64,000 nucleotides of DNA from IMG/VR virus record IMGVR_UViG_3300009183_000053; one strand, given 5' to 3'. Under the pieces are notes generated by a model. That model was not told the origin of the DNA, did no database searches, and saw only the letters and a list, made by a program, of their open reading frames with translations. The stretch comes from an uncultured virus (IMG/VR IMGVR_UViG_3300009183_000053). Lineage: Duplodnaviria; Heunggongvirae; Uroviricota; Caudoviricetes. Position numbers and translations under genes: made by a program. This document shows, piece by piece, positions 1 through 8,765 of this stretch. The first letter of the stretch is position 1, and each line of letters opens with the position of its first letter.

Positions 1-762
1 AAGTCCGAGTTGGTGGTCTGGAATCTTATGTAGTTCAAATAATTCCGGATATTTGATTGATGACATTAACATAAGTGTTTGGTCATCATCAATCAAACCA
101 TTCGTACCCAATTCAATCAAACACTCTTTCATTGCAGATTCAAACTTAGGCCATGCTGTTACACCACCAACAATCTTTGCACCAAGAATGTAAACATCGT
201 TTGTTGCAATGATTTCATGTATAGGTTTATCATCATATTCTTTATAATTGAAAAGATGCATCTTATTAACATCAAAATTATAAGACCATTTCTTGCTTGT
301 AGGTACTTTCTCTGCCGTGCGGCAATAACCAAAATCCAACCAAGAAACTAATTCATTACTAATCATGTTGTGTTTGATTGCTAGATTGACAAACACCGAC
401 TTGAGAAAGTTAACAACCACATAATGTGCATTCCAATATTCCGGATTTGCTCGCTGTTCTGGAATAATTAAATTTTGAAATGCATCAGTTTTCTGGATGT
501 TGTTAACATCTCTAATCAAATCTGCATACTTACTAAAAATATCAAACGAAACAAATTTTGTTGGTCTGTCTCCACGCAAAGGTTTCAGTTTCTCAATAAT
601 ATCTGGCGTAGAGAATACGACCATCTCATTTTCCATTTGAGCCATGTGTGAAAAACGTTCAATGTATGTATCAGTAGTTCTTTGTAGATAATGTGGCAGG
701 CCTTTGTCTGGTGTCCATTCTCCACGACCAATGTCATAAAAAGCAGTAACAATAGTAATCAT
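1..762 (-). CDS. HtrL/YibB (WlaTC)-like glycosyltransferase, 3'-truncated by the window edge
   Basis: Not in the ORF track. Read by hand from ATG at 762: MITIVTAFYDIGRGEW...YLQRTTDTYIERF, which resembles the HtrL/YibB N-terminus. TAATG overlap with the upstream gene. Confidence 0.7.
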   Translation of the reverse strand, partial: MITIVTAFYDIGRGEWTPDKGLPHYLQRTTDTYIERFSHMAQMENEMVVFSTPDIIEKLKPLRGDRPTKFVSFDIFSKYADLIRDVNNIQKTDAFQNLIIPEQRANPEYWNAHYVVVNFLKSVFVNLAIKHNMISNELVSWLDFGYCRTAEKVPTSKKWSYNFDVNKMHLFNYKEYDDKPIHEIIATNDVYILGAKIVGGVTAWPKFESAMKECLIELGTNGLIDDDQTLMLMSSIKYPELFELHKIPDHQLGL

Positions 763-1622
763 TATGTTGTCCTAAAAGTAATTAATTCTTCAACCTTATA
801 CTTATCATGATAAAATTTCTTCAATTCTGGATCTCGGTCATATTGGTGTACAATGTAGTATGGTTGACCATCACCAGTTTTCATTACACCATCTTCAAAG
901 ATTGGATGTTTTTCTGTAATGAATGGTGCAAATTGGTCTTTCTCAATTGGTTTATTTGTTACATGTAAGTTACAACAGAATCCATCATTTAAACCACTGA
1001 TGTATGTTATATCAACATATGGATACCAACCCATTAAAACATTATATGCAGCTTGGTCGGCAACCCAATCGGCTCTATTCAAAGATAGTTGGTATAACAT
1101 ACCACACAAATCAGAAATAACATGTGCCTTGCCAGCTAACGTACCAACATTTAAAACCTCATAGTCTTTAACTTCTTCATAGAAATATGTACCAAAACAT
1201 TTTAAAATGTTGTCACGATTCCAGTGTTCATTTTTAACTAGTATACATTCAGACACACCAATCAAATCATAACCAGAATTTGCTGTCAGTATATGAGACA
1301 AATATTCCATTGGATCGTTTTGAAAGATTACATCACGTACATCTGTACTTACAACATAACGATATTGACCACTATGTTTTTTCAGATAATCATAGATATG
1401 AATAAATCGTTCCATGTGAAACATTGCGCCTGACATGGATTTTGCAGATATTGCAGTGAATCCGGCTTGTCTAATCTTGTTGATTGTTTCCTCTGACGCA
1501 TCAATTGCAATTAGAACTTTGTCGCCGGTAAAACCACATTCGTTAATTGATTCGATCCAAGGTTTGACTTGTTCGTAGTTATAGTTTTTAAATGCACCTA
1601 TAATCAGGTCTTTTTTGTCCAT
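762..1622 (-). CDS. Putative glycosyltransferase-like protein
   Basis: 286 aa with TDVRDVIFQ (DxD-like) and DQAAYN motifs, inside a glycosyltransferase cluster. Confidence 0.55.
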   Translation of the reverse strand: MDKKDLIIGAFKNYNYEQVKPWIESINECGFTGDKVLIAIDASEETINKIRQAGFTAISAKSMSGAMFHMERFIHIYDYLKKHSGQYRYVVSTDVRDVIFQNDPMEYLSHILTANSGYDLIGVSECILVKNEHWNRDNILKCFGTYFYEEVKDYEVLNVGTLAGKAHVISDLCGMLYQLSLNRADWVADQAAYNVLMGWYPYVDITYISGLNDGFCCNLHVTNKPIEKDQFAPFITEKHPIFEDGVMKTGDGQPYYIVHQYDRDPELKKFYHDKYKVEELITFRTT

Positions 1623-2326
1623 GGTAAATCTCCATTATATTGTTTACTCATCATCTCATTTCCTTTCAAAAAGAATTCCGCCTGAACAGAATCTCCTCTG
1701 CTTGCAACTCTATAGTTTATTGTATATTGGCCATTCGTGTCAAATTCTGGTAAATTTTGCATCATAAACGGTGACAATATTCTATCAACTTCCGGCTGTT
1801 CTTGTGGATGTCTTGCTCTGCGGTACCAGTAAGGTGAAAAACCTAATGCTGCGGCCTTAGGTATCATAAAACAATTTACATCAATGAATTTATCATTAAT
1901 CACGGAGGTCCATTTACCTAGTGATTCACAATCATCGTTACATATATATTCGCCTTCTTGGCTGACGATTTTACGTAGTGAGTATGCCCATTTGTTTCCC
2001 TTTGATATAACATCAACCAAGGTTTCAATATGATTTGGTTCGTACCAATTATCTTCATCTAAGAAACATAGGAACTCACCGTTTGCAATATAGGTCATTG
2101 CACCATATATTCTATGTCCGTTGTATTGGTCTTTTCCTGTTGGGTATGGGAGGTCGATTAGGTCAATATGTGGATACTCTTTGGCTATCACACGACCTTT
2201 TGGTTGGCCATCAACAACAACTAAGTGTTGTATGTTATCATAGGTTTGGTTTTTAACCGAGTCTAACGCTTGACGTACACACGGTGCACCTGTGGTAGGC
2301 GTAATCACAGTCACTAACGGTTTCAT
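1604..2326 (-). CDS. GT2-family glycosyltransferase
   Basis: LVTVITPT, ALDSVKNQTY, LVVVDG and FLDEDN motifs. Confidence 0.85.
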   Translation of the reverse strand: MKPLVTVITPTTGAPCVRQALDSVKNQTYDNIQHLVVVDGQPKGRVIAKEYPHIDLIDLPYPTGKDQYNGHRIYGAMTYIANGEFLCFLDEDNWYEPNHIETLVDVISKGNKWAYSLRKIVSQEGEYICNDDCESLGKWTSVINDKFIDVNCFMIPKAAALGFSPYWYRRARHPQEQPEVDRILSPFMMQNLPEFDTNGQYTINYRVASRGDSVQAEFFLKGNEMMSKQYNGDLPWTKKT

Positions 2327-2332
2327 AATTTA

Positions 2333-2635
2333 TCATCCTCTAGTTAATTTTAAAATTGCCTCAATTTGTTTTTCAATTGCTGGTTTACGATTAGGCCAGT
2401 AGATATATTCTTTATCTCCTGTACTATGTAGTTTCTTTAGGAAAGGGATAATCATCTTCTCAAGTTCAGCCAAGCGTCTTTCCGTTTCTGTCAAATTAAC
2501 TTTGTAATTCTCAACGGTCTGTACACTCTCTTTAATTGTGGAATTATATTCCTGTTCTGAAATAGCAGAGAACCCGAAATCATTTTCGGTGTCCTCATAC
2601 TGTTTTAGTATTTTATCAAAATCTGTTAGTGCCAT
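2333..2635 (-). CDS. Hypothetical phage protein
   Basis: 100-aa ORF coupled to the upstream gene. Confidence 0.7.
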   Translation of the reverse strand: MALTDFDKILKQYEDTENDFGFSAISEQEYNSTIKESVQTVENYKVNLTETERRLAELEKMIIPFLKKLHSTGDKEYIYWPNRKPAIEKQIEAILKLTRG

Positions 2636-3711
2636 TATTTGTAAGAGTAGTCACACATCATACGGGTAGGATAACCATCACCACCTTGTGTATCACGTAT
2701 GTTTAGTTTAAGAATGTAATGACCCGTTTCTATTTCCATGTCAATACGCTTACCTGTACCAGATTTACCACCATAGTATACATTACATGAGTTTGGTGTA
2801 GCGGCTGAAGTCATATAATCTTTATCAATTTCATACACTTCGGTTTTACCCGTCAGTTTATGTACGATAGTATAACCATGGCCAACACCAGAAATCAAAA
2901 AGTTTTTCAATTCATTCTTCTGTTTTGATGACATTGTTTTCCAAACATCTTCAACATAACCTTTTTTTAATTTACCATTGTAGATATCACAAAACAATGC
3001 ATCGTTGATATTAAACATATTAAGAATTTTTAAACCATCTTTATTTGTAATTTTACCAGATTTGATTTCTGCTGGTGAAAGAACTGTACGGATGCCTGAG
3101 TTGAAAAAGGTAACAGTGCCGCCAGTTTTCAAACTTAGGAAGATTTCTTTCTTATCACAAATTAATGTAATGTCGGTAACAACGGGCCCCAGATTGTTAT
3201 CACGTACAGGAATTTTAGATGAAATTAAAACTTGTGGTGAGAATATAAAAGGTCTTTTGTTGTTTAATTCACCAACCTCTTTAACTTCTACACTTTTACA
3301 TTTATTCAGTTTATGAAGCTTAACTATATCGTCAACTGCTTGAAGTAATTTTGTGTCGGTTATCTTTTCACCTTTCCACCATTGTCTCAATGCATCAGCA
3401 AGTTCTCCCTCATATGCATTACCTTTATTCTGTACACCTCGGCCGCCAGATGATCCAGAACCAAATTTCATGGTAATTTTAGTTACCTTTGCTTCTCTTT
3501 TTATTTTAGCAAGGTCAATATCCGTTTGTAAATCTCTTGTAACATTAATCTTAGCAATTGATGCAGGATCAACATTGATTGGAGTTTCAACTTTTGGAAA
3601 TTTTGATTTTAGATAAGCAAAGATATTGATTATATCTTCTATCTTTGCTTTATCACCCTTTAGAGTTTGCTTGATTTCCGTTGCAGTCTTTGGGAAAAAA
3701 GTATAAGCCAT
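2635..3711 (-). CDS. Hypothetical protein, possible PD-(D/E)XK nuclease fold
   Basis: 358 aa with GNAYE...TDITL...FLSLK pattern. TAAATA late-type promoter about 20 nt upstream. Confidence 0.55.
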   Translation of the reverse strand: MAYTFFPKTATEIKQTLKGDKAKIEDIINIFAYLKSKFPKVETPINVDPASIAKINVTRDLQTDIDLAKIKREAKVTKITMKFGSGSSGGRGVQNKGNAYEGELADALRQWWKGEKITDTKLLQAVDDIVKLHKLNKCKSVEVKEVGELNNKRPFIFSPQVLISSKIPVRDNNLGPVVTDITLICDKKEIFLSLKTGGTVTFFNSGIRTVLSPAEIKSGKITNKDGLKILNMFNINDALFCDIYNGKLKKGYVEDVWKTMSSKQKNELKNFLISGVGHGYTIVHKLTGKTEVYEIDKDYMTSAATPNSCNVYYGGKSGTGKRIDMEIETGHYILKLNIRDTQGGDGYPTRMMCDYSYK

Positions 3712-3733
3712 TTAACACCTTCAAAAAAAGTAT

Positions 3734-4840
3734 TTATCTTATAATTTGGATCTCCTTTCCAGAAGTCCAAATTTCTAGTTCGGTTTTTAACCGTTTCTCA
3801 TTGTACAGAGTTTCATACCGATTACAAGCCTTATTTCGCCACCATTCAATCAAGTTTACCAGATTGTGTTTTTCATAGTTTTCACCAGGAATAAGCACGT
3901 CCGTCTTACAGTTTACATAGTCAACCATGTTTTTAAAGCCATAGTCACTGGTGTAATATCTTTTTTGCTCTGTCAACCCTTTTGCTTTCCCAATCGTTGC
4001 TATGAATGTATCCCCTTCAGGTGTACCTTTAAGTGCAGCTTTAGTGAGGGAAATAATCTTCATAGAGATTTTCAGTTTCTTACTAGAAGCAACATCTTCA
4101 ACCAAAGGTCCGACTTTATCTTGTACGAAATCACGTAGGTCAGAATAAGGTTTGCCGTGCATCATAGGAAGAAAATCAGAATCTGTCAGGCCTTTATATC
4201 TGATATATGGTTTCATACCATCATATTGCGATACAGTCTTTGAACTACCATACAAAGAAGTTGTTTCAAAGAGACACAGGTTCATTCCATACTTTACATT
4301 TACAATCTCACGTACTTCATGTGAAGTGCAGATTGCAGCCAACAGTTTACCACCAAGGTAATTATAACCAAATGGTTGTGCAGGTACAATAACAAAACCC
4401 ATCATTGCAGAATTATTGAATCGTTTACCCCACTCAGGTTTTTGTGTAAACACTTGACCAAGCATATCATTACGTGGCTTACAGTTGATTACAGGTGAAC
4501 CAAGACGGATGAATCCTACGTACTTTCCTGTATTGGTTTCACGCACTGCCAGTTTAACATTGCGGCCAACTGGCGGAATGTTTACATGAGATGAAGTGAT
4601 GTTCAATAGATTGGTCCAAGTTTCATTATCAATCTCGACAACCTCAAAATTCATATTTTTTGGATTCATTGTGAAGTCTTGAAACAACTCATCTTCAATC
4701 GGAAACAAAGGATTGGATGGCAATTCGGCCAAAGAATTCAACTTTTGGTCACGCATATACTCATCAATACGGTCAAAACTACCAAAGTAATCTTCAAATA
4801 CTTTGGCGCAATGAACTGCATCATTAAATTCTAATTTCAT
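3734..4840 (-). CDS. DUF4338/DruA-like protein (paralog 1)
   Basis: VPAQPFGYNYLGGKLLA and TTSLYG...SQYDG motifs shared with 26398..27663. Confidence 0.65.
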   Translation of the reverse strand: MKLEFNDAVHCAKVFEDYFGSFDRIDEYMRDQKLNSLAELPSNPLFPIEDELFQDFTMNPKNMNFEVVEIDNETWTNLLNITSSHVNIPPVGRNVKLAVRETNTGKYVGFIRLGSPVINCKPRNDMLGQVFTQKPEWGKRFNNSAMMGFVIVPAQPFGYNYLGGKLLAAICTSHEVREIVNVKYGMNLCLFETTSLYGSSKTVSQYDGMKPYIRYKGLTDSDFLPMMHGKPYSDLRDFVQDKVGPLVEDVASSKKLKISMKIISLTKAALKGTPEGDTFIATIGKAKGLTEQKRYYTSDYGFKNMVDYVNCKTDVLIPGENYEKHNLVNLIEWWRNKACNRYETLYNEKRLKTELEIWTSGKEIQIIR

Positions 4841-6231
4841 ACTTTAAATCCATCGAATGATTTCTTCTGTGTTTTCTCTCTGTTACCAAATGTGTTGAGT
4901 GGTTTATCTTGACCAGAATCTGTGATGCCATCTTGGCTAGACTGTTCAATATCATATAATCTCATTTTCGACCTATCAATACCTAGAGTGAATCGTTTGA
5001 AATGCGTTGGATCATTATAACGATTCTTCAATTGTTTTACCATAATCTGTCCCATTTCTTCTAGTTCTTCGGAAGAAATCAATGCAAACATCAAGTCTGC
5101 GGTTGCCGGCAAACCAAAAGACTCACTTGTGTCCTCAAGTCCGGGATCGGAAGAAGTAAATCCACTTCTAGTTGTTTGTGTCGCAGAAACAATAGGTACT
5201 CCGAACTCAACGGCAAGACCTCGCAACTCCTCGGCGATGGATTTAACGTAGGAATATGAGTTGACATTTGCTCCTGCTTTGATGCGAGAAGAACAACAAA
5301 TATTGAGGTAGTCAATGAAAATAATATCAGGAACAAAAGACTTTTTAAGATTAAGCTCGTTGAGTAAGGTACGAAAATGTATGCTGCTTGCAGACGCTGT
5401 TGGATACTCTTTAATGATAAGTTTACCCACAGTCTTTTCACGGAGTTTATTAATCTTTTTATCATACAAATCTTTTGGTAAACTTACAAGGTCATCAATC
5501 GTGACATTCAATAAGTTGGCATCAATACGTTCTGCAATCTTTTCTTCACTCATTTCCATTGTGATGTAAAGAACATTCTTGCCTTGTACCATACAGCCTG
5601 CAGCCACATGACACATGAACAAACTTTTTCCAACACCAGTTCCGGCAAGAGCTATATTAAGCGTCTTATTAGGCAAGCCACCTTTTGTGATTTTGTTAAA
5701 GAACTCTAAGTCAAAAGGGATTCGTTCTTCTTTACGATGGTAGAAATCATATCGTTCATCCGAGTTTTCAAGATAATCGTGGCCAACAGAATTGTCAAAA
5801 CTTATCGCTAAGGCATCTGATAGTATTTTGGGAATCGAACCTTTGTCATTGGTTTTGTCCTTGCCATCGAGGATTGAAATAGACCCCAATACAGCGTTAT
5901 AAATGGCCTTCTCTTGGCAAAACTGTTCGGTCTTGTCAACAAGCCATTGAACCTTGGATTCTTCACCTTTAGTTTTCTCAATCTCTTTTAGATAAGATTC
6001 ACACTTCTCCACTTCCTCATCTGAGAGATTTCGCCTTTCTTTGACGGCCAGTACAAGTGCTTCAACCGTTGGTGTAGAATTGTAAGTTTCTGTGAATGAT
6101 GCAATCTCATCATATAATGTTTTGTCGCTTCTGTCTGTAAAATATTCTGATTTTAGAAATGGTAAAACCTTGCGTAAATATTCTTCATTATAAATTAGAT
6201 TTTTTAGAATCGTCTGTTCCAGTTTCATCAA
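4837..6231 (-). CDS. gp41: Replicative DNA helicase (T4 gp41-like)
   Basis: Walker A AGTGVGKS, IFIDYLNIC, SATQTTR and ESFGLPATAD. Confidence 0.96.
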   Translation of the reverse strand: MMKLEQTILKNLIYNEEYLRKVLPFLKSEYFTDRSDKTLYDEIASFTETYNSTPTVEALVLAVKERRNLSDEEVEKCESYLKEIEKTKGEESKVQWLVDKTEQFCQEKAIYNAVLGSISILDGKDKTNDKGSIPKILSDALAISFDNSVGHDYLENSDERYDFYHRKEERIPFDLEFFNKITKGGLPNKTLNIALAGTGVGKSLFMCHVAAGCMVQGKNVLYITMEMSEEKIAERIDANLLNVTIDDLVSLPKDLYDKKINKLREKTVGKLIIKEYPTASASSIHFRTLLNELNLKKSFVPDIIFIDYLNICCSSRIKAGANVNSYSYVKSIAEELRGLAVEFGVPIVSATQTTRSGFTSSDPGLEDTSESFGLPATADLMFALISSEELEEMGQIMVKQLKNRYNDPTHFKRFTLGIDRSKMRLYDIEQSSQDGITDSGQDKPLNTFGNREKTQKKSFDGFKV

Positions 6232-6508
6232 TTACTTCCTGTTCCATGTTAGATGACATTATTTCCACCAATAAGTCACCAATGTAGTTTTTAAAGTCAT
6301 CATCTTTTTCCAGTTTGGCTGGCTTCTTTACAGGTGATTCTAACACATCGTAAGCAAAAAGTAAATAGGCCTGTTCGTTTTCTTCCTTAAACTTTACCTT
6401 ACCATATTTGAATATGGTATCTTTATAAGGACCTTCCAAAAATTTAATGTTGACTGCTGTTTTGTCATCCTTTGGATAGATGTAGCAGTAATCTATTCCC
6501 TCAATCAT
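6188..6508 (-). CDS. Hypothetical protein at the gp40 position
   Basis: 106 aa between uvsX and gp41. Confidence 0.65.
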   Translation of the reverse strand: MIEGIDYCYIYPKDDKTAVNIKFLEGPYKDTIFKYGKVKFKEENEQAYLLFAYDVLESPVKKPAKLEKDDDFKNYIGDLLVEIMSSNMEQEVIDETGTDDSKKSNL

Positions 6509-7575
6509 TATACACCATTCATGGTTGCAACATCAAATGTTTCATCAATATTGCTTGTCATAATTTCTCCGGATGCCACACGGTATTTGTTCTCAATGAA
6601 ATCACGGAAAGATTTCTGTTTCAGAATAGGCATCCAAAAGTCTTTGGTGTCGGTGTCCTTCTCACGGTAATTCTTTTCTTCAATCACACCATCTGTGTCA
6701 ACACGTTGATACCAACCATTCTTTGGTTTAACCACATGTTTGGACTCAATAGCAAGGTCAAGTAAACCAGACCAAGTGCTAATACCACCATCAAAAGATA
6801 CACTGACAGGTATTTTAGATTTTTCTTTGACATATCTAGATTTTTCCACGTTAATAATAAAATTGTAACCGGTAACTTCTGTACCATCTTTTTCTTGTTG
6901 ACGGCCGATAATAAAAATATTGTCAGCTGAATAATATGAACCTGTACCACCACCGACAATAGCTTTAGGGAACATACCAATTTCCATGTATGTGTGATTT
7001 ACAACAACCATTGGAATGTCTTTCAATGATAAGTGAGGTGTCACCATACGGAACAAACTCTTAACTTGTTTGGCTCGGGACATATCAGCAACTGATTTCT
7101 CCGCTAAGGCATCTTCAACCTCTTTCTTAGATGCTAAGTTACCAATTGAATCAATGACAATAATCAACTTATCACCACGTTCCAATTGTGTCAACTGTGC
7201 CATTATGTCGAATTTGAGTTGTTCAATATCTGTAAGAGGAGTATGGAGCACCCGCTCTGTGTCAATACCAAAGCTGTCAAAATAAGACTGCGGAGTACCA
7301 AACTCTGAATCATAGAATAGTAGTGCTGCATCGGGATATTTGTCCAAGTAAGATTTGGCCATCAACAAACTAAATGCAGTCTTAAAGTGTTTGGACGGAC
7401 CTGCCCACATTGTAAGACCTGGTGTCAGACCACCATCTAACTTACCAGAAAGTGCCACGTTAATAATTGGCACCGCTGTTGGAATCATATCCTTCGCATT
7501 GAAGAATTTTGATTTAGCTAAGATAGCAGAATCTTTAATACTACTATTTTTTTTAATTTTGTCTAATATACTCAT
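6508..7575 (-). CDS. uvsX: RecA-like recombinase UvsX
   Basis: WAGPSKHFKT, FYDSEFG and DSIGNLASKKE. Confidence 0.96.
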   Translation of the reverse strand: MSILDKIKKNSSIKDSAILAKSKFFNAKDMIPTAVPIINVALSGKLDGGLTPGLTMWAGPSKHFKTAFSLLMAKSYLDKYPDAALLFYDSEFGTPQSYFDSFGIDTERVLHTPLTDIEQLKFDIMAQLTQLERGDKLIIVIDSIGNLASKKEVEDALAEKSVADMSRAKQVKSLFRMVTPHLSLKDIPMVVVNHTYMEIGMFPKAIVGGGTGSYYSADNIFIIGRQQEKDGTEVTGYNFIINVEKSRYVKEKSKIPVSVSFDGGISTWSGLLDLAIESKHVVKPKNGWYQRVDTDGVIEEKNYREKDTDTKDFWMPILKQKSFRDFIENKYRVASGEIMTSNIDETFDVATMNGV

Positions 7576-7586
7576 TGTTTCATCCT

Positions 7587-8765
7587 TTAAAATTTACCAG
7601 CATCACGAATTTCTTTCTCTTTAAAAGAATACGGTTCATCATAATCATACTTAGGTTCCAATTTTTTCACAGGTTCTTCTATTGGTACATGATGTTCTTC
7701 ATACATAACAGAATTTCGTGCATTGTGGGTTTCAATTGTTACCTTTTCATGTGTGATTGGCGGTATGGTTTCACCAGTTATATCATCAATCACAATCATA
7801 TTATCTTTTTTAATTTGCAAAGTATCTTCTTTTGGTGCAACCATTGGTTTCAAATTCTCAAAGTGTTTGAATGGCTGTTTCAGGTATGCATAAGGATCAA
7901 CTGGTTCTTCAACATGTACAGTTTCAGGTACTACATTAACAACCTCTTGCTCAGCATGCTTGGCATCTTCATCCAATTTTCTTGCATTTACTTTAACTCG
8001 TTCGAAGAAGTCTTCAACATCTTCTTTTTGTTTGATTGACATGTTATATGCGATTAACAATAGAATTGCTAATGGATCAAATACAACAATAATCAATAGA
8101 ATAACAAGGCGTACTGCTTTGTCCATAATGTCAGTTGTTGCTTCACCATATGCCAGTGCAGCAATGTATTTGATTGGTCCTACATCCGCTTCAACCTTAC
8201 GGAGTTCCGTTGATATCGGTGCTCTTTCTTCATTGAGGGTTGCAATAGTTTTCTGTTCGGTCGAAATCTCAGATTGAAGGCGGATGCGTTCTTTCTGCTG
8301 TGTTTTTCGGACTGCAACAGCTTTATCCGCACCTTTTTCATCAGTACTGCGGCCCATAACTTGGTCCACAGCCTCATCCATTTGTCTAAGCGCCTTCCGG
8401 TTCGCATCAATATTTTCTTTTGATGTTCTGATTTTTTCGTCAATGATAGAAATCTTATCAACATACGGACCACTATCTGCTGAATGTTCTAAGTGTGCCT
8501 TTGATAAGAAACCAAATATACCCATTGAAGTAATCAACATTAAAATGATAACTGCTATCGACAAATATGATTTAATAAGAAAAGGACATTGTTTCCAATT
8601 ATTATACAACCACGATACTGTTACTAGTTTCGAAGCTTCAAGAACCGAACCCATAAAAATAATTGGCCAAAATGAACCAGGAAAAATTTGTGCTAAACCA
8701 ATAACTGAATAGTAGGCAGAAACACCAGATAAACCTAGTGCTGTAAGTAACGTTAAAAATATCAT
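7587..8765 (-). CDS. Membrane protein with coiled coil
   Basis: N-terminal hydrophobic helices, a coiled coil and an IIVVFDPLA transmembrane segment. Confidence 0.75.
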   Translation of the reverse strand: MIFLTLLTALGLSGVSAYYSVIGLAQIFPGSFWPIIFMGSVLEASKLVTVSWLYNNWKQCPFLIKSYLSIAVIILMLITSMGIFGFLSKAHLEHSADSGPYVDKISIIDEKIRTSKENIDANRKALRQMDEAVDQVMGRSTDEKGADKAVAVRKTQQKERIRLQSEISTEQKTIATLNEERAPISTELRKVEADVGPIKYIAALAYGEATTDIMDKAVRLVILLIIVVFDPLAILLLIAYNMSIKQKEDVEDFFERVKVNARKLDEDAKHAEQEVVNVVPETVHVEEPVDPYAYLKQPFKHFENLKPMVAPKEDTLQIKKDNMIVIDDITGETIPPITHEKVTIETHNARNSVMYEEHHVPIEEPVKKLEPKYDYDEPYSFKEKEIRDAGKF

